From Octopus sinensis (lineage: Eukaryota): a DNA stretch of 5,859 nucleotides. The notes below the pieces were generated by a model that did no database searches, had not been told where the DNA came from, and saw nothing but the letters and a program-made list of their open reading frames with translations. Of this stretch, positions 1 to 5,859 are shown one piece after another. The stretch lies in assembly GCF_006345805.1 (NCBI RefSeq), contig NW_021829791.1, positions 1 through 5,859 of the forward strand. The letters run 5' to 3'. Positions within the stretch are counted from its first letter, which is position 1. Each line of letters opens with the position of its first letter. The position numbers and the translations under genes are program-made.

Positions 1-316
1 GGTGGTGTGGTTGTAATAATGTTAATGGCGGGGATGGTTGCGTCTGTGGTGATGGTGTTGTACTAATGGCCATGTTATTGCTAAGAGAAGAGCAAGAGCC
101 AATTGTGATGTCGATGGTGGTGACGTAGTAGTGGTGGTGGTGGTGGTGGTGGTGGTGGTGGAAGTAGTTGGTAGGTGAGGGAGTGTTAGTATTAACGATG
201 GCAATGGCGGGCGGTGGTGTTTTTTTTTTCTTTTCTTCTTCTTCTTCTTCTTCTTCTTCTTTTTCAGTGACTGTGAGAAGCTTTGCAGCTGTTACTAAGT
301 CCGCTTTATCCTCCAT
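1..316 (-). CDS. Candidate N-terminal coding segment of a low-complexity protein, open to the window edge (partial)
   Basis: ATG at 316-314 (G at +4, weak -3) opens 105 stop-free codons to the edge: MEDKADLVTAAKLLTVTEK-E9-K4-TPPPAIAIVNTNTPSPTNYF-H10-YYVTTIDITIGSCSSLSNNMAISTTPSPQTQPSPPLTLLQPHH. The GAA and CAC repeats are codon-phased. It is absent from the ORF track because no stop lies in the window. No recognisable domain. Confidence 0.45.
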   Translation of the reverse strand, partial: MEDKADLVTAAKLLTVTEKEEEEEEEEEKKKKTPPPAIAIVNTNTPSPTNYFHHHHHHHHHHYYVTTIDITIGSCSSLSNNMAISTTPSPQTQPSPPLTLLQPHH

Positions 317-395
317 CAACGAGTTGACAATAGCACAGCCAGGCAAGACGTGCCGTTGAAAATGTAATGGACCTCGTGATTATGACTGCTGACGT

Positions 396-429
<34 letters not shown>

Positions 430-545
430 GCTGTTACTGTTGTTGTTGTTGTTGTTACTGTTGAGGCTGCTTTTAGTGCTACTGTTGTTTGTTGTTGTAG
501 TTGGTTGTTGTTGTTGTTCCAACAGCTGCTGCTGCTGCTGCTGCC

Positions 546-594
<49 letters not shown>

Positions 595-720
595 ATGCTT
601 CTTGCTCATTTTGTTGTATTTGTTTTCGTTGCTTTTGTGGTTGTTGTTGTTGTGGTTGTTGTTGTTGATGTTAATGCTGTTTAATTTTGTCGTCGTTGTT
701 ATTGTTGTAGATGTTGTTTG
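131..720. repeat. Cluster of trinucleotide microsatellites
   Basis: (GTG)10 at 131-160, (TTC)n at ~233-261, (GCT)n and (GTT)n tracts across ~396-543, (GAT)~16 at 546-593, interrupted (GTT)n at ~637-720. Confidence 0.95.
316..609 (-). CDS. Low-complexity poly-H/Q/N/S ORF (uORF, or upstream part of the same gene)
   Basis: The frame is open from 777 to TGA 318-316. The first ATG is at 609-607 in an AAA-ATG context (A at -3) and gives 97 aa, MSKKHNHHH...STR. The track's start at 759 is GTG. Trinucleotide tracts favour open frames by chance, so support is weak. Confidence 0.3.
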
Positions 721-846
721 GCGCCCCCCCCTCTCCGCCCTTCTCCCTCCCCTCACCACCCGTTCAGCCGAATAGATTTATGATCAAAGATGATATTCTA
801 GTGATGACCATCCCGTCTAGTTTTTCTCTTAGATACAATGTGTGGA

Positions 847-847
847 T

Positions 848-900
<53 letters not shown>
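847..900. repeat. Compound dinucleotide microsatellite (TG)13(AG)14
   Basis: Read directly: TG run 847-872, AG run 873-900. Confidence 0.97.
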
Positions 901-902
<2 letters not shown>

Positions 903-998
903 TGAGTGAGTGTCAGTAAAAAAGAGTTCTCAATACCATAGTAGAGTTTAATATGTTTAATTTGTTCGAGTCATCCTCTTGCAACTCCGAGTTTCGCC

Positions 999-1059
<61 letters not shown>

Positions 1060-1086
1060 GTTGTTGTTGTTGTTGTTGTTGTTGTT
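999..1086. repeat. Compound microsatellite (TTA)n(TTG)n
   Basis: TTA run ~999-1059 switches to a TTG run ~1058-1086. Confidence 0.97.
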
Positions 1087-1167
1087 ATTTAAAACAATAT
1101 ATGTTTACTATGGACTTCGTGTAACCCATGCGAAATGACACACAATAATCGACCAGGGATTGCTGAA

Positions 1168-1644
1168 ACATACCTACGCATATGTGCCCCAGCGAATTTC
1201 TTTCCTTATAACTTTCAGAAACATGGATATGAATTTTATTGAAATTTTCTGCAAATATGCTTCCGATGGCGTAGATTTCGGGTTATACTGGAATTTGTTG
1301 TGATCATAAATTTTTCGAAACAAAAAGGTGACGTGTGTCTGTACGTTTGTGTGCTACACCACCAATTTTTATTTAGTTATCGAATTCTGATATAATTGGC
1401 ACACTCTGAAAAGCATTTGTCGAATTCTTCATTTAAAAATACCTATTTCTTCGAACCGTGTGAATTTTTCGAATCTCTACTCCCACGCACCCCCACCCTC
1501 AAATACATTTTTCACAACAAATTCATATATTATCGAAATCTATACCAATTGAAGCATATTTATAGAAACTTTCATAAAAAAATAAGCATTTTTATGCAAG
1601 TTATGAGGAAGCCATTTCAGTGGGGCATATTTATGTATGTATGT
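1168..1644. mobile_element. Degenerate foldback / MITE-like non-autonomous DNA element with ~135-bp inverted arms
   Basis: 1168-1303 aligns with the reverse complement of 1512-1644 at roughly 70-75% by eye. Exact blocks include AAATATGCTTC (1253-1263 vs 1551-1561), TAGATTTCG, and GAATTTGTTGTGA (1291-1303 vs 1512-1524). The ~208-bp spacer is non-coding. TSD and superfamily are unresolved. Confidence 0.7.
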
Positions 1645-1874
1645 CCACTGCCCTACCATAAGTAATACTAACATTACATAGCTACTATATATCTCCATAT
1701 CAACTTGCTTCGCTTGTCTTTTATTTTGAATATAACAATATTTAATTATATAACTGCATGTTATATATAAACAATGAATATACTTCTTCCGTTCGGTTTA
1801 CAGCAGAAGGATGACAATAATGAGAAGGAAATCAGCTCAATTTTTGACGACACCTAAACGTAAATAAGATAACT

Positions 1875-2252
1875 GTATTTATGATGATAAGGCGGCGAGC
1901 TGGCAGAAACGTTAGCAAGCAGGACGAAATGCTTGGCGGTATTTCGTCTGCCGCTACGTTCTGAGTTCAAATTCCGCCGAGGTCGACTTTGCCTTTCTTC
2001 CTTAAAGGCGGCGAGCTGGCAGAAACGTTAGCACGCCGGGCGAAATGCATAGTCGTATTTCGTCTGCCCTTACGTTCTGAGTTCAAATTCCGCTGAGGTC
2101 GACTTTGCCTTTCATCCTTTCGGGGTCGATAAATAAATACCAGTTACGCACTGGTGTCAATATAATCGACTTAATCCGTTTGTCTGTCCTTGTTTGTCCT
2201 CTCTGTGTTTAGCCCCTTGTGGGTAGTAAAGAAATAGGTATTTATGATGATA
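1875..2252. repeat. 15-bp target-site duplication GTATTTATGATGATA
   Basis: Identical copies at 1875-1889 and 2238-2252 bracket the SINE dimer exactly. Confidence 0.92.
1890..2237 (+). mobile_element. tRNA-type SINE, dimeric (truncated head 1890-2003 plus full copy 2004-2237, 'tail A')
   Basis: Two copies of GGCGGCGAGCTGGCAGAAACGTTAGCA...GAGTTCAAATTCCGC.GAGGTCGACTTTGCCTTTC start at 1891 and 2007. Each has A-box-like TGGCAGAAACGTTAG and B-box-like GAGTTCAAATTCC. The unit is flanked by the perfect direct repeat GTATTTATGATGATA. Further copies lie at 3832-4363. Confidence 0.9.
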
Positions 2253-2294
2253 TTGTGTTTAGTAACTAACACTAACTGCATTGAAATTGCATCG

Positions 2295-2296
<2 letters not shown>

Positions 2297-2330
<34 letters not shown>
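2297..2330. repeat. (GT)17 microsatellite
   Basis: Read directly. Confidence 0.97.
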
Positions 2331-2332
<2 letters not shown>

Positions 2333-2813
2333 CATTAAAATGAGGATTCCGATAAAATCAGATACTTGAAAGGTATGTTCAAGGTAGGGTTGAGTGATGT
2401 CTCCCTTTCTATAGCTCGGCCTCGACAGACACATCTCCGCTGCATTCCAGGGATACCTCTTCGTTCTGTAAAAATCATGTTCTTATCTGATGATTACGGT
2501 CTTTTATAATGATGTAATGTTCTCATTCTTCATTAAAAGTTACGTAAGGAACAGCTGTAGTGCTTATATTAAAATTTATCGGCAGTATTTAGGTATTAAT
2601 TTTTCATTGCCTTATAAATACACACTCTTTTAGTATAATTGTATTTCATCTTATAGTTCTGTTTTATGCTTTCCATTATCGATGCTGGAGCATCTTCCCT
2701 CATGCATGGCCTATCTATACTTACGTAGGTACAGTACAAGAATTTATGATACAGTAATACCAAACCAATGTAAAACATGCTATCTTAAAGATAGCGTGTT
2801 CGCACTACTGTAT

Positions 2814-3105
2814 ACACACACACACACACATCCACTTGGACCCGTGATATACATGAAGGTATTAATATGGAAAACAAGTCTTTAAATTCTTAATCTGGAA
2901 CTATTTGCTATCCTATCCTATCGCCAGTTCTTTTGTTCCCACACAGTTCCCCTCTCTCTCTCTTCTCGCTCGCTCTAACTCTTCCCATCTAACTTTCCTC
3001 TACATGTCTTTCATTCTCTCATTTCCACTGCTCCCTTACTCTCTCTCTCTCTCTCTCTCTCACGCTTTCTCTTTCTCGTTCTCTCTCGTCTTTCTATTTT
3101 TCTCC
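2814..3105. repeat. (AC)n microsatellite and polypyrimidine / (CT)n tract
   Basis: (AC)n at 2814-2830; pyrimidine-rich tract at ~2927-3105 including (CT)n at 3039-3061. Confidence 0.85.
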
Positions 3106-3384
3106 AAATCATTACAATATTTTTATGTTACATTCCCACGTTGCCATTAATCTCAACAGCTGTGATCTTTTTTTTTTATCTTGCGTTCAAACGACCTCTG
3201 TTCCCCTCCTCCCTCTCTCCCCTCCTCCCTTCGTAAATAAAATGGATACCAGTCACAAACCGCGGTGGCCAGCACGTAATGCCATGCACTGTGTAATTAT
3301 CTCCCTTTATTTCATTTTGTCTCTTCAACTTTTAGCAATGGTTAACGTCTTTGCAGGAGTTCAATAAAACTAAATACCTTTTAA

Positions 3385-3575
3385 TTTTTTCTTGATTCAG
3401 TCATTGGACTATGGGTTTTCGAAGGATTTTAGTCGAACGAATCGATCCCGGGACTTATTTATTCTTTTAAACCTATTACTTATTCTATCAGCTGCTTTTT
3501 TACCGAAGCGCTAAGTTACGAGGACGTAAACAAACCAGTACCGATTGTCAAACGGCGGTGGGGAACAAGTACAAA
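3385..3575 (-). mobile_element. 3' half of a diverged SINE-like repeat (head missing), next to a CA/TA-rich microsatellite
   Basis: CTTGATTCAGTCATT...AGTCGAACGAATCGATCCC...TACTTATTCTATC...CGCTAAGTTACGAGGACGTAAAC resembles an abundant octopus SINE tail that I recall. It also shares GTCGA..ATCGA.CCC...TACTTATT with the SINE core at 4064-4110. Boundaries are approximate. Confidence 0.6.
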
Positions 3576-3640
3576 GATACATACACATATACGCATGTGT
3601 ATATGTATGCATGTATGTATGTATACTTTTTTGTCTGTCA

Positions 3641-3647
<7 letters not shown>

Positions 3648-3694
<47 letters not shown>
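3648..3694. repeat. (TG)n microsatellite
   Basis: Read directly; it abuts the inferred 3' end of LINE fragment 3. Confidence 0.97.
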
Positions 3695-3696
<2 letters not shown>

Positions 3697-3697
<1 letters not shown>

Positions 3698-4512
3698 GTT
3701 CTTTTCTCTTTTTGATTATTGAAATTCTTCGTTTGAGCTGATTTCTTACAAAGAGACAAAGCTCCATCGCTGAAATGTAGAGAACGAAAACAATGTCACT
3801 TTTTCAAAGTTGAAAGTCTCGCATTGTTTGGTTATTCCTTTTCTACTATAGGCAGAAAGTCTTAAATTTGGGGGAGAGGGATAGTCGATTTCATTGACCC
3901 CAGTGCGTAACTGGTACTTATTTCATCGACCCTGAAAGGATGAAAGGCAAAGTCGACCTCGGCGGAATTTGAACTCAGAACGTAGCGATGGGCGAAATAC
4001 CTATTTCTTTATTATCTACAGGGGGCTAAACTCAGGAGGGACAAACAAGGACAGACAGATTAAGTCGATTATATCCACCCCAGTGCATAACTGGTACTTA
4101 TTTAATCGACCCCGAAAGGATGAAAGGCAAAGTCGACCTCGGAGGAATTTGAACTCAGAACGTAGCGATGGGCGAAATACCTATTTCTTTACTACCCACA
4201 AGAGGCTACACACAGGGGGGACAAACAAGGACAGACAAACGGATTAAGTCGATTATATCGCCCCCAGTGCGTAACTGGTACTTATTTAATCGACCCCGAA
4301 AGGATGAAAGGCAAAGTCGACCTCGGCGGAATTTGAACTCAGAAATACGGCTACGCATTTCGCTTTGTTTTAACTCTTCCACGAACAGACTGTATTTGTA
4401 TGTGCGAAGCGGTTGATTGCTTTTTCTGAAAATCCAAGTTTATCCAGACTGACGGTTAGGCATTTACTTGCAAAACCAATTGCTCCAATTATTATTGGTA
4501 TAACCGTAAATT
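3697..4512 (-). mobile_element. RLE-type non-LTR retrotransposon 3' fragment 3 (degenerate), split by the SINE array into 4512-4360 and 3829-3697
   Basis: The minus strand from ~4510 reads FTVIPIIIGAIGFASKCLTVSLDKLGFSEK, then after a frameshift HIQIQSVRGRVK. Across the array it resumes TMRDFQL* (TGA 3806-3804). IPIIIGAxG...LxKLGF...QxQS..G.VK fits the C-terminus after the RLE domain. A putative ~105-bp 3' UTR runs to ~3697. Confidence 0.6.
3832..4363 (-). mobile_element. Head-to-tail array of the same SINE family as 1890-2237: head remnant 4363-4342, two tail-A units (4341-4181, 4180-4001) and one tail-B body (4000-3832)
   Basis: AGTCGACCTC recurs at 3951, 4131 and 4315 (periods 180 and 184). 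The units are the reverse complement of 2053-2237. The lowest unit diverges below ~3883 into a different tail (ATCCCTCTCCCCCAAATTT...GCCTATAGTAGAAAAGG on minus). The array is flanked by a 10/11 direct repeat at 3819-3829 and 4360-4370. Confidence 0.9.
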
Positions 4513-4899
4513 TGGAGGCGCAATGGCCCAGTGGTTAGGGCAGCGGACTCGCGGTGATAGGATCGCGGTTTCGATTCCCAGACCGGGCGTTCTGAGTGTT
4601 TATTGAGCGAAAACACCTAAAGTTCCACGAGGCTCCGGCAGGGATGGTGGTGATCCCTGCTGTACTCTTTCACCACAACTTTCTCTCACTCTTACATCCT
4701 GTTTCTGTTGTACCTGTATTTCAAAGGGCCGGCCTTGTCACTCTCTGTGTCACGCTGAATATCCCCGAGAACTACGTTAAGGGTACACGTGTCTGTGGAG
4801 TGCTCAGCCACTTACACGTTAATTTCACGAGTAGGCTGTTCCGTTGATTCGGATCAACCGGAACCCTCATCGTCGTAACCGACGGAGTGCTTCCACCAA
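4513..4899 (+). mobile_element. tRNA-derived SINE of a second family, apparently full length (~385 bp)
   Basis: The tRNA-like head GGAGGCGCAATGGCCCAGTGGTTAGGGCAGCGGACTCGCGG has an A box TGGCCCAGTGG (4524-4534) and B-box-like GGTTTCGATTCC (4567-4578). It is followed by a ~300-bp non-tRNA body ending GACGGAGTGCTTCCACCAA. It resembles octopus tRNA-derived SINEs (family name not verified). No TSD seen. Confidence 0.8.
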
Positions 4900-5142
4900 C
4901 TGCAAGTGTTCCACACTTATTGAAGCCCCTATTTGTTCCATGCACTTCTCAAGATTTTTACTCACTGTTCCCAGGGCTCTGACAATTGTTGGTACTACTA
5001 CCACCTTTTTCATCAACCACAACTGCTTAACCTCCCAAGCTAACCTGTCATATTTATCGACTTTTCTTTCTTCCTTATCGCATACCTTGTTGTCAGCTGT
5101 GCATGCTATATCTATGATCCAACATCGTTTGCCTTCTTTCTC
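4900..5142 (-). mobile_element. RLE-type non-LTR retrotransposon fragment 2 (endonuclease C-terminal half, truncated at both ends)
   Basis: 81 stop-free codons: EKEGKRCWIIDIACTADNKVCDKEERKVDKYDRLAWEVKQLWLMKKVVVVPTIVRALGTVSKNLEKCMEQIGASISVEHLQ. This shows the IIDIA..D....KE..K..KY..L...W....VP..V.ALG...LQ signature and is clearly homologous to, but divergent from, the protein at 5328-5645. There is no ATG, so it is not in the ORF track. Confidence 0.85.
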
Positions 5143-5148
5143 TCTCTC

Positions 5149-5150
<2 letters not shown>

Positions 5151-5230
<80 letters not shown>
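5151..5230. repeat. (TTA)n microsatellite, i.e. the (TAA)n 3' tail or target of LINE fragment 1
   Basis: About 26 perfect units directly abutting the LINE 3' UTR. Confidence 0.95.
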
Positions 5231-5233
<3 letters not shown>

Positions 5234-5859
5234 TAGTTTTATTTTTATAGTGTGCTTTCACTTCACTACCGAGCACAGCTCTGTGTGCCTTGGGTATGTG
5301 CTGTGATTTGTTGTGATGCTCTGATGGTTATTGTATGGAAAGTGTTCTGCGTAGGATGTGTGCAGTGCCTAGTAGTGCAATTTTCTGTATGTTATATGTG
5401 TTTGTAAGTCCTGGTGTTTTTGTTATGTATTTGTCTGAATATTTTTTTATCATGCCTAATGCACCTACTATGATAGGAATTGTTTCTGTTTTCAGATTCC
5501 ACATTCTAGTTACCTCTATTTCCAGGTCTTTGTATTTTGAGAGTTTTTCCATTCTTTTTAGAGACACGTTGTCATCTGCCGGTATTGATACATCAATTAG
5601 AAAGCATTTTTTTTCTTCATGATCTCTGTCAACTATATCTGGTCTGTTGGCCTTAATTCTCTATCTGTGTGTATCGGCATATCCCAGAGTATGGTTTTCT
5701 TTCTCGTTTTCTGTGACCTTTTCTGGTGTGTGCCTATACCATCTTTTTTCTGTTGTTATTCCATAATGTTGGCATAGCTTCCAATGTATGTAGGTTCCAA
5801 CTCTGTCATGTCTGTGAATATATTCCTTCTTAGCCAAGACTGGGCAGCTAGAGATATAT
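5231..5859 (-). mobile_element. RLE-type non-LTR retrotransposon 3' end (R4/Dong-like), continuing beyond the window
   Basis: It contains the end of the CCHC zinc knuckle (YISSCPVLAKKEYIHRHDRVGTYIHWKLC) and the PD-(D/E)xK endonuclease (RPDIV at 5645-5631, LIDVSIPADDN, EKLSKYKDL, IPIIVGALG, QKIALLGTAHILRR). Stop TAA is at 5330-5328, followed by a ~97-bp 3' UTR with AATAAA (5243-5238) and a (TAA)n tail. Confidence 0.92.
5328..5858 (-). pseudogene. Disrupted RLE-LINE ORF C-terminus (zinc knuckle plus restriction-like endonuclease)
   Basis: A +1 indel near 5698 and a -1 indel near 5658 put the expected TILWDMPIHTDRE segment out of frame and create TAG at 5663-5661. The track ORF 5328..5567 is only the distal part. 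Confidence 0.85.

Noticed and set aside
22-204. Minus-strand 60-aa ORF with poly-T
   Set aside because: Starts at TTG and is an alternative frame overlapping the longer ATG-initiated open frame from 316.
168-684. Plus-strand ORFs 168..359 and 367..684 (poly-A/V/L/M/S)
   Set aside because: Antisense shadows of the trinucleotide tracts; homopolymeric translations with no protein-like content.
711-1138. ORFs 711..905 and 953..1138
   Set aside because: Driven by (TG)(AG) and (TTA)(TTG) microsatellites.
1315-1537. Six TCGAA motifs in ~220 bp, considered as heat-shock elements
   Set aside because: Spacing does not fit nGAAnnTTCn arrays; more simply internal motifs of the foldback element.
2401-2475. 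Possible small exon after the acceptor-like CTCCCTTTCTATAG
   Set aside because: Weak donor site, no coding signal and no supporting neighbouring exons.
1396-3367. Short ORFs 1396..1665, 2171..2434, 2596..2778, 2682..2885, 2905..3150, 3125..3367
   Set aside because: 60-90 aa, mostly non-ATG starts or crossing repeats and microsatellites, with no recognisable motifs; expected by chance.
1828-3745. 13-bp inverted match GAAATCAGCTCAA (1828-1840) / TTGAGCTGATTTC (3733-3745) as possible TIRs
   Set aside because: Does not extend, has no TSD, and one such match is expected by chance in a window this size; the right copy lies in a putative LINE UTR.
3884-4341. ~180-bp periodic repeats as a CRISPR array
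   Set aside because: The whole unit repeats with no unique spacers, it matches the dispersed SINE at 1890-2237, and there are no cas genes in this eukaryotic context.
3511-4416. ORFs 3511..3759, 3516..3767, 3969..4247, 4168..4416
   Set aside because: Translations of (CA)n or of the SINE tandem units; the repeated peptides just mirror the DNA repeat.
4514-4590. tRNA gene
   Set aside because: A and B boxes are present, but there is no convincing acceptor stem or cloverleaf and no nearby T-run terminator; it continues into a SINE body.
4596-5622. Plus-strand ORFs 4596..4847, 4844..5236, 5335..5622
   Set aside because: One lies within the SINE body; the other two are antisense to the LINE coding fragments and the TTA tract.

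Overview
AT-rich, microsatellite-dense eukaryotic DNA. The SINE and LINE families look like those I recall from Octopus genomes; this is from memory, not a database search. The left end (1-~780, minus strand) holds codon-phased trinucleotide repeats and two abutting reading frames. One is a poly-H/Q/N/S ORF ending at TGA 318-316. The other starts at the overlapping ATG 316-314 and runs off the window edge, so the ORF track misses it. This may be the first exon of a gene. The rest is non-coding repeat. It contains a degenerate foldback/MITE-like element (1168-1644) and a dimeric tRNA-type SINE with a perfect 15-bp target-site duplication (1875-2252). From ~3385 to the right edge is a nested stack: a SINE 3' half, three different restriction-like-endonuclease (RLE) non-LTR retrotransposon 3' fragments (all minus strand), a three-unit head-to-tail SINE array and one plus-strand tRNA-derived SINE. 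The most interesting signal is that all three copies of one SINE tail end in AAAGAAATAG followed directly by GTATTT. GTATTT begins the genomic TSD and is also a site inside the SINE's own head, which suggests a sequence-directed, self-targeting SINE that builds tandem arrays. No prokaryotic features, CRISPR array or intact RNA gene are supported.
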